Counted from the first letter of the stretch, positions 10,267 through 19,202 are shown. The stretch: DNA of 37,377 bases from an uncultured Methanosarcinales archaeon (GCA_964510025.1 CAZDZV010000013.1:1-37377); one strand, 5' to 3'. Notes: a model not told the origin generated them from the letters alone. Numbers and translations: made by a program.

Positions 10267-11722
10267 CTAGCATCTTCTTGGCTACCTTCTGGAAATGGTG
10301 GCCATGGATGGCTGCTTCCACTGCAACACTGAAGCATTGCTTCTTCCTTATGAGAGTCTTTATCAGCAGCTTCCAGTAGTAGAACCTTGAGCTCGACCTG
10401 ATGCCTATTACCCACATGCTCCTGAAGAATGCCCTGAGCATGGCCATGGATAATTTTCCCCTTACAGACGGCCTGTAGTTCCTGACCATGGTGTCGATAC
10501 GCTTGTAATACAGCTTTGGCGAGTATATGCTTGAGATTATATGCTTGTATCCTTCAAGCAGCTTTTTGGAGCCCATCTTTGGGATAAAGTTCAGGGAGCC
10601 GTCTGTGTTCTCTCCGGTAATCTCTTTTGTAAGCCTTTTTTCTGATTTCAGCCTTTTCCAGAGCCTGGTCTGGGGCAGCGCGTTCAGCAGGCCGACCATG
10701 GCTGTCACGATGCCTGTCTTCTGTATGAACCTTATCTGCCTTTTGAAGATATTTTCCTTGTCATTGTCAAAGCCCACTATGAAGCCTGCCAGGACCTGGA
10801 GGCCGTGCTGCTGGATCTTCTTAACTGCATCTGACATGCTGGATTTCGTGTTCTGGAGCTTGCTGCATTCTTTCAGGCTGTCCATCTCAGGGGTCTCTAT
10901 GCCTATGAAGACCTTGTAGAAGTTTGCAGCTTTCATGAGCTGCATCAGCTCTTCATCATCTGCAAGGTTTATCGATGCCTCTGTAAGAAGCGCAAACGGG
11001 TAGCGGTGCTTTTTCTGCCACTGTATAAGCTTCGGCAGCATCTTCTTCACCTTGTTGTTCCCTATGAAATTGTCATCTACGATAAAGACAGAGCCCCTCC
11101 ATCCTCTTTCCCTCAATGAGTCAAGCTCTGCAAGCAGCTGCTCGTCTTTCTTTGTCCTCGGTATCCTTCCATTCATTATTATGATGTCGCAGAACTCGCA
11201 GTTGAAAGGACATCCTCTTGAATACTGGACACACATGGTGGCATAGTCCCTGAAATCGATGAGGCTCCAGTCAGGCTTCGGCGTCTTTGTTATGTCGGGC
11301 TTAAGCTCTGATGTGTAGATATGCTTCAGCTTGCTGTCCCTGAGGTCCTTGAGGAACATGGGCAGCGTTACCTCTGCCTCATTCAAGACGAAATGATCGA
11401 TGTCCTTGAAATTTTCATGGCCTGTGGTGAACAGAGGGCCCCCTGCCACTATCTTCTTGTGCTTTGCCCTCTCTACTATCTCCCTGACAGACTCTTTCTG
11501 CACCACCATGGCGCTTATAAGTATCATGTCTGCCCATGCTATATGCTCATCTGTCAAAGGATGGACGTTGAGGTCTATAAGCTTCTTGTTTCCGGGCAGC
11601 ATAGGCGCTATGGTCAACAGACCCAAAGGCGGAAAAGCTGCCTTCTTGGCTATGAACTTCATTATATGGCTGAAGCTCCAGAAAGTGTCCGGATATTTAG
11701 GATAGACCAATAGTATGTTCAT
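10259..11722 (-). CDS. B12-binding-domain radical SAM protein (DUF4070-type)
   Basis: YPDTFWSF...PPLGLLTIA N-terminus, SRGCPFNCEFC, FIVDDNFIG and C-terminal AIHGHHF. Confidence 0.92.
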   Translation of the reverse strand: MNILLVYPKYPDTFWSFSHIMKFIAKKAAFPPLGLLTIAPMLPGNKKLIDLNVHPLTDEHIAWADMILISAMVVQKESVREIVERAKHKKIVAGGPLFTTGHENFKDIDHFVLNEAEVTLPMFLKDLRDSKLKHIYTSELKPDITKTPKPDWSLIDFRDYATMCVQYSRGCPFNCEFCDIIIMNGRIPRTKKDEQLLAELDSLRERGWRGSVFIVDDNFIGNNKVKKMLPKLIQWQKKHRYPFALLTEASINLADDEELMQLMKAANFYKVFIGIETPEMDSLKECSKLQNTKSSMSDAVKKIQQHGLQVLAGFIVGFDNDKENIFKRQIRFIQKTGIVTAMVGLLNALPQTRLWKRLKSEKRLTKEITGENTDGSLNFIPKMGSKKLLEGYKHIISSIYSPKLYYKRIDTMVRNYRPSVRGKLSMAMLRAFFRSMWVIGIRSSSRFYYWKLLIKTLIRKKQCFSVAVEAAIHGHHFQKVAKKMLAN

Positions 11723-11816
11723 ATCTGCATAAAAAAGGGAAGAGCCTATTTAAAGGTATGGTTTTGCGGCTGCTGAGGGAGATCAGCTAGATAGGGCTGA
11801 GCAAAACTGATGGATT

Positions 11817-11948
11817 CTAAGAGACTATCGCTATGCTAGCATCGCAGTCAGCCTGCAGGCATTCTGAAGCTGCCTCAAGAATCCTGTCTTGCTGCTCCAC
11901 AGTCAGCTGCTGATCTTTCTCAGATATTATATCTATCACTATCTTCAT
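11817..11948 (-). CDS. Small hypothetical protein, 43 aa (MKIVIDIISEKDQQLTVEQQDRILEAASECLQADCDASIAIVS)
   Basis: Below the ORF-track cutoff. Strong SD (GGTGAAGGAGG) just upstream of the ATG. Confidence 0.6.
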   Translation of the reverse strand: MKIVIDIISEKDQQLTVEQQDRILEAASECLQADCDASIAIVS

Positions 11949-12097
11949 CTTTTCCTCCTTCACCCCAGAATCAGTCTTGCGATAATGGTAATCAGTATAT
12001 GCTTAAATAGTTATGGGAATTTTTATAAATTTGAATTACATCAGAACTCTTTTTTAGATCATAAATTGATGTCCCTATTTAAAGGGTTCTTTAGGTA

Positions 12098-12170
12098 AGC
12101 CCTTGGCGGTATTTGCAACCGCGACCTCCACCTTACCAAGGTGGCGCAATAGCTACTATGCTACAAGGGC
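12098..12170 (-). tRNA. tRNA-Thr(GGT), intronless
   Basis: Acceptor GCCCTTG/CAAGGGC-T, anticodon arm CCACC-TTGGTAA-GGTGG, T arm GCGGT-TGCAAAT-ACCGC. Confidence 0.88.
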
Positions 12171-12248
12171 ATGGCTTCAAGAATTTTGTTTTTATATTTA
12201 AAAGTTGTCATAGATAATTTTATATATTATGCTGGGTTTGTCTGGGCT

Positions 12249-12920
12249 ATGGGGATAGCAGACTGGTTCAGGAAGAAAGAAGAGGATTACACTGCCTTCC
12301 ACACTGTGAAGACTGAGAATGGCAGCTATGATGATTTCCACAGGAGGCTGATGAAAGGAAGCAACATCATCCTCATTAACGGCAAAAGGGGCTCTGGAAA
12401 GACAGCGCTGGGCATGAAGTTCCTGGAGCTGTTCAGGAGAAAGTCCAAGAGAAAGGTGTATGCCATGGGATTTGAGAACGCCAAGCTGCCGTTCACGATC
12501 AAAAAGGCCGACAAGATAGAGGACATATCGAATAATTCTGTGGTGCTCATAGATGAAGGGGCCATCCTATTCGGATCAAGGGATTCCATGAAGCAGGTCA
12601 ACAAGCAGCTGGGAAAACTGATGACAGTGGCAAGGCACAAGAACCTGAGCCTGATACTCATAGCGCAGAACTCTGCCATGATAGACCTAAATGTGCTGAG
12701 GCTGGCAGACACAATAGTGCTTAAGGAGCCGTCCCTGCTGCAGGCCCAGTTTGAGAGAAAAGCCATAAAGGATATGTATGAGAAGGTTGCTCCCCATTTC
12801 AAGGATGTCGATGCTAAATCTCATTTCTACATCATGGATGATGAGTTTGAAGGCCTTATGAAATTTGGACTGCCTGAGTTCTGGAACGAGAAGATAAGCA
12901 AGAGCTTCAAGAACCTATAA
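12249..12920 (+). CDS. Small P-loop ATPase (Zot/HerA-FtsK-like)
   Basis: Walker A GKRGSGKT, Walker B VVLIDEG and ARHKNLSLILIAQ motif. Start placed at MGIADW, downstream of a TTTATATA box. Confidence 0.8.
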   Translation: MGIADWFRKKEEDYTAFHTVKTENGSYDDFHRRLMKGSNIILINGKRGSGKTALGMKFLELFRRKSKRKVYAMGFENAKLPFTIKKADKIEDISNNSVVLIDEGAILFGSRDSMKQVNKQLGKLMTVARHKNLSLILIAQNSAMIDLNVLRLADTIVLKEPSLLQAQFERKAIKDMYEKVAPHFKDVDAKSHFYIMDDEFEGLMKFGLPEFWNEKISKSFKNL

Positions 12921-13326
12921 GGTAGTCAGAGATATATGTGCCATATTCTTCAATGATCTCGGGTGGAAGGTCTCTGAAGCCTGTTATCTGCCCCCTGCAG
13001 CTTTCTGCCCCACACTGGCAGTCAAAAGGGTATTCCAGCTCTTCCTCTGTCATTGCATAATCAAAAGTGACCTGTTCTCCTTGCGCTATCCTTCTCCTAG
13101 CTACAAGAATCCTGGTGCCCTGGATCCCGCAGTTTGGGTCGCAGCTATGGTTAAGGTACAGCCCCGGAGGATCAGGCAGCATATGCTCCAGCCTGCCAAC
13201 CTGTATGGTATGGCTTCCCCTTTTATCTGCAGGCCTTCCTTCTATGGCCAGGACACAGTCACCTATATTGAAATCAGCTGCAGCAAATACCCCCTTGCCT
13301 GTGCCACATTGCCTTACCTCTAGCAT
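12907..13326 (-). CDS. SET-domain protein-lysine methyltransferase with post-SET
   Basis: GKGVFA, YLNHSCDPN, GEQVTFDY and CQCGAESCRG motifs. Confidence 0.93.
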   Translation of the reverse strand: MLEVRQCGTGKGVFAAADFNIGDCVLAIEGRPADKRGSHTIQVGRLEHMLPDPPGLYLNHSCDPNCGIQGTRILVARRRIAQGEQVTFDYAMTEEELEYPFDCQCGAESCRGQITGFRDLPPEIIEEYGTYISDYLIGS

Positions 13327-13432
13327 GGGTGAGAAGAATAGATTTTAGGTTATAAATATAATGCAAAGCTTTATAAATGGATAGCTGTTCATCTTGTATG
13401 TTCCTCATTCATCTAAATTGGAGGTGAGAGAA

Positions 13433-13480
13433 ATGAGATACACAAAAACTGACCATATGTCAGACTTTCTGGACAAGTGA
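13433..13480 (+). other. Putative micro-ORF (15 aa, MRYTKTDHMSDFLDK)
   Basis: Perfect SD GGAGGTGA upstream. The stop codon lies in the loop of hairpin TTCTGGA/TCCAGAA, followed by a T-rich tract. Confidence 0.35.
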
Positions 13481-13839
13481 TCCAGAAGTTTTCTTTTATA
13501 GTTATAATCTAGAAGATAACTGTGTTTTCAAAATTTGCATAAAGAATTTTCCATGGCATATAGATGAAACACGTGAAAACTGTATACTTTGCAGATGAAA
13601 AGTGGCGGAAGCTGAAGATTTCAATGCGGAAAAAGCAGGTTGAGATTTGACGACATGTAGTACTAGTAGAATGAGGAAGATGTACAAAAAGATGATCGTC
13701 AAAGCTGTTGGGCATTTTTGCAAAAGAAGGAGAAGAGAATTCACCTGTCGGAAAGTTCCGCAAGCTAAAAAAGGGCCTGCCAAAGAATCGCTTGATAATG
13801 CTTTATTTTAAGAAAAAATATCGGCAAGATAGCGGGATA

Positions 13840-14721
13840 TTAATGTAACTCATAAATATCCAAAGGTGAAGCCCTGGAACCCTGTGCAAATTTTACAAAC
13901 ACGCTAATACCTGTCTTCTGCCTAAGCCTGGTTGCAGCGCCTACAAGATCATTGCCTATCAGGACGCCGACCTCTATATCGCTCTCTGAGATATATTCCT
14001 CGACTATCTCCGGAACATCCTCACCTATCAGGATGACAGGATATTGGCCTGACATCAGGCCCTTTTCAAGAAATCTGCCGGATGTAAGGTACACCTGGGT
14101 CAGCTGGCCCAGCCTTTCAAACTCATAGGCCAGCTCGATGTTATTGCTGTACCTGTCACCTTCATTAATTATTGCCGGATCATATACAGACAGGCTGTCA
14201 AGGTCTATATCGCCATACAGCAACAAGGAGTGCACCTCTTTTCCATCCAGAAAATCCTTGTTATCCTCAAAAAGTACATATGCCCCTGTCATGACAGCAT
14301 ATGGTGCAACTGAGACTGCATCATATGGATCATCTATGATTATGTAATCATCGACTGAAAGCTTTTCAGCATAATATATGTTGTTGCCTTCAGCCTTGAA
14401 GTCTGGTGTCTCGCCTATAATGGACTGATACAGGGCCCTGGAATAGACATCCTGCCATACAGCTGGCAGTTCTGGCGGAATAAGTTCCTCTGGCGTATCT
14501 TCTTCAGGCAGCTCTTCTGCGGATCCTTCTGGCTCGTCTGCATCGCATACCTTGTTGCCATTTGCATCCAGGCAGCAGCCAGAAGCAAATCTCATATATG
14601 GTTCTTCACACACGATGACCTTATCAGAAATCCTCTCAATATCCTCATCAGAAAGCTGGCTTATGTCAATGTCTTCGCAACCTACCAGCAAAATCACAGC
14701 CAAGAAAATAAGCCATCTCAT
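13840..14721 (-). CDS. Acidic lipoprotein / cell-surface protein
   Basis: Start at MRWLIFLAVILLVGC (lipobox-like) and CCLDANGNKVCD motif. The longer ORF would overlap tRNA-Leu. Confidence 0.75.
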   Translation of the reverse strand: MRWLIFLAVILLVGCEDIDISQLSDEDIERISDKVIVCEEPYMRFASGCCLDANGNKVCDADEPEGSAEELPEEDTPEELIPPELPAVWQDVYSRALYQSIIGETPDFKAEGNNIYYAEKLSVDDYIIIDDPYDAVSVAPYAVMTGAYVLFEDNKDFLDGKEVHSLLLYGDIDLDSLSVYDPAIINEGDRYSNNIELAYEFERLGQLTQVYLTSGRFLEKGLMSGQYPVILIGEDVPEIVEEYISESDIEVGVLIGNDLVGAATRLRQKTGISVFVKFAQGSRASPLDIYELH

Positions 14722-14777
14722 GAAGATGAAGCTGATAGTTTGATATTTAAAGTTTTGCATAATTTCAGCGAAAAAAA

Positions 14778-14918
14778 TGCGAGGGATGGGATTCGAACCC
14801 ACGGACCCACTAAGGGACAGGATTGCTTAAGGTATGTCTCCATCTTAAGTCCTGCGCGTATGGCCTAAAGCGCAGCCTTAGACCGCATCTTTAATTGACC
14901 AGGCTTCGCTACCCTCGC
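14778..14918 (-). tRNA. tRNA-Leu(TAA) with two introns (21/22 at 14860-14894; 37/38 at 14824-14843)
   Basis: Acceptor GCGAGGG/CCCTCGC-A, long variable arm and GGGTTCGAATCCC. BHB motifs GGTC/GGCC (bulges AAT, ATA) and CTTA/TAAG (bulges AGA, CAA). Spliced length is 86 nt. Confidence 0.92.
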
Positions 14919-14957
14919 ATATCACTGAGAAAGGTTGTGGCAAATTTAAAAAGGTTT

Positions 14958-15431
14958 CTATGACTTCTTATGAAAGTAATCCATCAGGTAGTTGTAGAGG
15001 TCATATGTATCTGAGGTCAGCTTGCCTTCAAACCTGTGGGTATAGAACTTGCTGACATACTTATCGTAGACTGCCCTCAGGAAATAGAATGTGGGCTTCT
15101 GGAACCATCTTGACTCAAGGTCTGTCTCCAGGATCCCGTCCAGGGCGATGGCAACATCTGCAACATCATGCTTGCCTGCTTTCCTTATGTCCCTGAACAG
15201 CGCCTGCAGCCTTACGATGGTCTTTGCATAGTCTGCCGGCATGTCCCATATCTCTATGAACCACTCTACTTTCTTGTCTTTTGCAGTCACGTGCTCTGAT
15301 TTCTTCTTTATCTCCTTGTGCCTGCCTTTGGCAGCTATCCAGTCCTCTACCTTTTTGAAGAAATCCCTTATATCGACCGGCCCGTTGTAGCTTATCCTAA
15401 GCTCGGTGACGCATATCTTCTTCTCTACCAT
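14958..15431 (-). CDS. Hypothetical protein, paralog 3 of a tandem triplet
   Basis: Start MVEKKIC at 15431. Shares Y-x-G-x-x-D and D-x-E-x-RW...YDKY motifs with the two upstream genes. Confidence 0.8.
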   Translation of the reverse strand: MVEKKICVTELRISYNGPVDIRDFFKKVEDWIAAKGRHKEIKKKSEHVTAKDKKVEWFIEIWDMPADYAKTIVRLQALFRDIRKAGKHDVADVAIALDGILETDLESRWFQKPTFYFLRAVYDKYVSKFYTHRFEGKLTSDTYDLYNYLMDYFHKKS

Positions 15432-15432
15432 C

Positions 15433-15969
15433 TTAGTGTGCAAAATGAGGCACTTTCGAGACAGGCCTGTAGTGCCTGTACATGTTGAAGAACCTTTCAA
15501 GGTCGTCATACAATGTGTGCAGGTCAAATGTAAGGCGTTGCTCAAACCTCTCTGTGTAATACTTATAGATGAACTTGTCAAACATCACCCTGAAGAACTG
15601 CAGCATGGGGGTAAGCTCCCACCGGTGCTCGTAATCATGCTCTATGTAGCCGTCCATATAGAACAGCACCTTTCCCTGGTAAAGCTCCTGCTTCTTCTCA
15701 TCTACCACCACCTCAACTTTCTTTAGCCCGAAAAACAGCACACGGAGCTTATAGATGAACCGGTTGTAGTCAGATATCTTCTTCCAGTAAGCTATCTCAT
15801 ATTCGATGTATTTGCCATCTGCGAGGTTCTGCTCAAAGTTTTTAGACTCCCTCTTCTGTATCTGCCTCTGCTCAAACCACGAGCCTAAGAACTTGAAAAG
15901 CGCCTTTGTGTCGAAGACACCTGAATACTCAAGCTTCAGGTGGTCTACAATTATCCTAACGTCTCCCAT
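15433..15969 (-). CDS. Hypothetical protein, paralog 2 of a tandem triplet
   Basis: YSGVFD...DYEHRWE...FDKFIYK. Spaced 1 nt from both neighbours. Confidence 0.85.
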   Translation of the reverse strand: MGDVRIIVDHLKLEYSGVFDTKALFKFLGSWFEQRQIQKRESKNFEQNLADGKYIEYEIAYWKKISDYNRFIYKLRVLFFGLKKVEVVVDEKKQELYQGKVLFYMDGYIEHDYEHRWELTPMLQFFRVMFDKFIYKYYTERFEQRLTFDLHTLYDDLERFFNMYRHYRPVSKVPHFAH

Positions 15970-15970
15970 C

Positions 15971-16534
15971 TTAGTATAGCTTGTGCACGCCGGTAAAGTA
16001 GCGGTGCTCGTACTCCTCTGATTCCATCTTGAGCCTATGCTTGATCATAGCTGCGAAATTGTACATCTCATAGCGGTTCTTAGGACCCCATCCCTGGGTA
16101 TAGTTCATCTTTATTATATATTTGTTATAGAAATGCTTCAAGTGCTTGAAGAACGCTGTCTCATCCCACCTTCCTTCATAATCAGATATTATGCTAACCT
16201 TTATCTCTATCCAAATCCTGCCTTTTGTAAATACCTTTTTAGAGCCGTCTGCCATCACCACCTCTATGTCCCTAACATCATAGGTGTGGATATAGATATG
16301 GAACTTTATCTGTATGTAGTCGTTATCGTTCCTTGTGGCCTCCCAGGTATACTGCCTCTCCGCCCCGTAAGGGCTAGGGTGCTTGTGCTTGTAGATATGC
16401 TCCCGAAACTTGAACTTTCGCCTTCGGAACCAGTCAACCATGGACTCATAAAGGTCCTGCATGTCCCAGACGCCCTTATATCTGATAAAGGTCTTGGCTT
16501 CTGTCAGATCTCCCCAGCCTGCTGTCTCAACCAT
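15971..16534 (-). CDS. Hypothetical protein, paralog 1 of a tandem triplet
   Basis: YKGVWD...DYEGRWD...YNKYIIK. Confidence 0.85.
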   Translation of the reverse strand: MVETAGWGDLTEAKTFIRYKGVWDMQDLYESMVDWFRRRKFKFREHIYKHKHPSPYGAERQYTWEATRNDNDYIQIKFHIYIHTYDVRDIEVVMADGSKKVFTKGRIWIEIKVSIISDYEGRWDETAFFKHLKHFYNKYIIKMNYTQGWGPKNRYEMYNFAAMIKHRLKMESEEYEHRYFTGVHKLY

Positions 16535-16566
16535 ATACCAAACCTTATAGACAGGAATTTATAAAT

Positions 16567-17112
16567 TTATTGGTTAGAACAATTCTTGCAGACAAGGACA
16601 CTGTCTTTTGAGATAAGGGTTTCGGAATATTCTCCGCATGTCTGGCAGATGCCTTCATTTGGAGAGACCTTGTTTATCGGCTTCCTGGCCTCTTCCCTCA
16701 GCTCAAAGGTGTCTACCATGATCTCAAACAGCTGGGGCTCTATCTTTAGAATATCCTTCAAGGTGAGCAGCCCAAGCAGATTTTTTCCATCGACAACAGG
16801 AAGATGCCTTATGTTGAGATCCTTCATCTTCAGCAGAGCGTCAAAGATATCTGCATCTGGTTCTATGGTGACAAGGTTTGTCTCCATTATGTCCCTCACT
16901 TTCTTATCCAAGGGATTCTGGCCCTGAGCTATGGTCTTCCTGACGATGTCCTGCTCTGTAAGGATGCCTTTTATGCTCCTGTTTGTCTGTATGACTACTG
17001 CGCCTACGTGATGATGGTCCATCTCCTCTGCGCAGTACTGCAGGGAATCATCAGGCTTGAGAAATATGGGCTGTTCGGTCATAGCATCTGCAGCTTTAAT
17101 GCCTGTCTTTAT
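16567..17112 (-). CDS. CBS-pair protein with C-terminal Zn ribbon
   Basis: GILTEQDI and GLLTLKDI, with CQTC...CKNC at the C-terminus. First ATG is 17082, but the CBS motif continues upstream (IKTGIKAADAM), suggesting an ATA start at 17112. Confidence 0.85.
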   Translation of the reverse strand: MKTGIKAADAMTEQPIFLKPDDSLQYCAEEMDHHHVGAVVIQTNRSIKGILTEQDIVRKTIAQGQNPLDKKVRDIMETNLVTIEPDADIFDALLKMKDLNIRHLPVVDGKNLLGLLTLKDILKIEPQLFEIMVDTFELREEARKPINKVSPNEGICQTCGEYSETLISKDSVLVCKNCSNQ

Positions 17113-17183
17113 CCTTATCCCCTCAAGAAAAACCTAACATAAATTAATTTATAAATATAATGGTTTTATAAAATATAGTTTAC

Positions 17184-19028
17184 TCAGTAATTAACAAGAA
17201 CCTCAACATCCTTGCCGAACAGCCTCTTAAGGTCCTCAAAGATCTTCTCCTTTATGAAGACTTTCGGAGCTATTTCAGCCTTTGCAAGCTCTTTCTCAAG
17301 CTCTTCCAAGGTAGCTTTCTCTATGGTTGACAGGCCGCCGTCCTTTGTTATCTTTGCCTTGGAAAGCTCCTTGTCCTGGTTGTCGATGTCATGCACGATA
17401 AATGCCTTATCCCCAAGAAGTATCACCTCTCCGTATCTGCTGCCATGCTTCACCCTAATCTTTGCCCTTTCAAGCTCTCGTCCTCTTTTGCGCTGCATAT
17501 ACTCCACCAGGAACTTTATCAGATCTTTTGAAGATTTCTTCACCTTGTCCACTTCCTGCTTCGTGAGCTTCTTGTCAAGATAGTCCTGCTTTGCCTGGAT
17601 TATCTCATTGAGCATACGAAGATATTTTGCAGGTATCTTTCCCTGGCTGATAAGCTCATCTTCAAAGGCCCTTACGACCTCTTCATCGGTTATCTTTTCC
17701 CTGCCTTCCATCTTCAGGACGTCCCTGATTATGGTGACAACAGTATCATATATGTTAAGCATGTCCTCCTCTTCCTTTATCTTCTCTATCTGGGAGAAAA
17801 GCCTGTGGATCCTCTTCAGGTAGTCTTCTGCGCTCTTAAGCAGATCATCCACATCCTTGCCTGTGAGGCCTTTCTTGAAGCCGTGCTCTATGTCTTTCCG
17901 GATCTTGACGTTGTTCTCAAGTATATCAACATATTTCTGCTCAAGGAGGTTCTCTTTTTTCACAAAGATCTCAGACATCTTCTCAGCTGTCTCTTTCGGT
18001 GCCGGTGGCGGCACACCATAGAGCATCAGGGCTGCCTGGCTTGGTGTAAGTATAGCATAATATATGTCTTCCATCCCGATGTTCTTCAGCTCGGTCTTCA
18101 CCCTCCTTATCATCTGCTCGCCGGATGACATGAACATGTCGATAGCCTCTGCAGAAGGCTTTATCTTTCCCATCTTGAGAAGCTGCTTCCATGGCATAAA
18201 TATTCCCCTGTCATAGAAAGGGACTCCATCCCTGAGCAGTGTAAATATGATCGGGTTAGCCTCTTTCAGCGAATCCCAGAAATCAGTCAGTATATAGACC
18301 TGGATGTTTATCTTGTTCTTTATCTGTGTTATCTCCCCTGCTTCAACACCCATGCCGATTATTATAGCGCGCAGCTTGTCTTTCAGCTCAGCCCGTGTCA
18401 TCCGCTTGACGTCAGTGTCGTCTATCACTATCCAAACGTCGATGTCAGATGTCTTCGTGGCCTTGCCCTGCACCAAGGAGCCGGCAAGAACATAGCTTAC
18501 TATGTATCTCTCAAACTTCTTCAAGACCATATTCTTATGGACTTCAGCTATCTTTATCGCAGAAAGCATTCCCAGGTCGTATACAGGAGCGCCCATAGAT
18601 ATCAGCTGGAGAAGCTCGTATTTGCCGTCATAGCATGACTGCCACAGCTCAGAGAGCAGAACGACCTCCGGCCTTATATGCTTCTCAACCTCAACTGCAA
18701 TGTTGTCGATTATAGAAAAAAGCTTGTTACGAAGCTCAAGCTTTGTCATCTTCTTGCTGTCAGAATCATCAACCAACACCAGGACAGAGATATCATCCTT
18801 GTCCCATTTCTGCCCTTCTTTGGGCTTTGGAGGAGGAAGAAGCGATATTCCGATAACATATTTGTCAAATTTCTCAAGTACCTTTTTCTGGAACTTGTCA
18901 AGCTTTGTCTTTATCTGCTTCAGCTTTTCCTGTGTCTCTTTTGGAAGGTTAGTAGTATCCTGGGCCCTGGAAGGCGCGGCAGGCTGCTGAGAACCTCTTG
19001 GTATTTTCAAATCTTTCTTTTTAGCCAT
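17184..19028 (-). CDS. Multidomain nucleotidyltransferase (degenerate NTase + intact NTase) with HEPN-like region
   Basis: Second domain has LAGS...SDIDVWIVIDD. The first repeat (ISVLVLVDDSD) lacks GS. These are followed by YYAILTPSQAALM and RKDIEH (Rx4H). Confidence 0.8.
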   Translation of the reverse strand: MAKKKDLKIPRGSQQPAAPSRAQDTTNLPKETQEKLKQIKTKLDKFQKKVLEKFDKYVIGISLLPPPKPKEGQKWDKDDISVLVLVDDSDSKKMTKLELRNKLFSIIDNIAVEVEKHIRPEVVLLSELWQSCYDGKYELLQLISMGAPVYDLGMLSAIKIAEVHKNMVLKKFERYIVSYVLAGSLVQGKATKTSDIDVWIVIDDTDVKRMTRAELKDKLRAIIIGMGVEAGEITQIKNKINIQVYILTDFWDSLKEANPIIFTLLRDGVPFYDRGIFMPWKQLLKMGKIKPSAEAIDMFMSSGEQMIRRVKTELKNIGMEDIYYAILTPSQAALMLYGVPPPAPKETAEKMSEIFVKKENLLEQKYVDILENNVKIRKDIEHGFKKGLTGKDVDDLLKSAEDYLKRIHRLFSQIEKIKEEEDMLNIYDTVVTIIRDVLKMEGREKITDEEVVRAFEDELISQGKIPAKYLRMLNEIIQAKQDYLDKKLTKQEVDKVKKSSKDLIKFLVEYMQRKRGRELERAKIRVKHGSRYGEVILLGDKAFIVHDIDNQDKELSKAKITKDGGLSTIEKATLEELEKELAKAEIAPKVFIKEKIFEDLKRLFGKDVEVLVNY

Positions 19029-19100
19029 GAAACCACCTATACTCTATAAACAGTAGTAATAAAAATAGGGGTATAATATTTAAAGGTTTTGGAAACAGAA

Positions 19101-19202
19101 TTATTTCTTAGCTCTTTTACGTTTTTCTTTCTTCATCCTTTTGCGCTGCCACTTCCATCGCATCTGCCGCTTCTTTTTCCAGCGTCTTGAGCTTCTTTTC
19201 AT
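19101..19202 (-). CDS. rpl41e: Ribosomal protein eL41 (L41e/eS32)
   Basis: Translated by hand: MKRSSRRWKKKRQMRWKWQRKRMKKEKRKRAKK, containing the MRWKW-x-R-K-R signature. Not in the ORF track. Confidence 0.88.
   Translation of the reverse strand: MKRSSRRWKKKRQMRWKWQRKRMKKEKRKRAKK

Noticed and set aside
12249..12920. Provirus implied by the Zot/packaging-like ATPase
   Set aside because: No neighbouring capsid, replication or integrase genes. The context is ordinary backbone.
13502..13783. Minus-strand ORFs of 93 and 84 aa
   Set aside because: No SD or motif, composition typical of antisense frames, and they overlap each other.
5920..14918. tRNA genes as attachment sites for the AT-rich island
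   Set aside because: They lie more than 10 kb from the recombinase, and I saw no duplicated tRNA fragment in the island.
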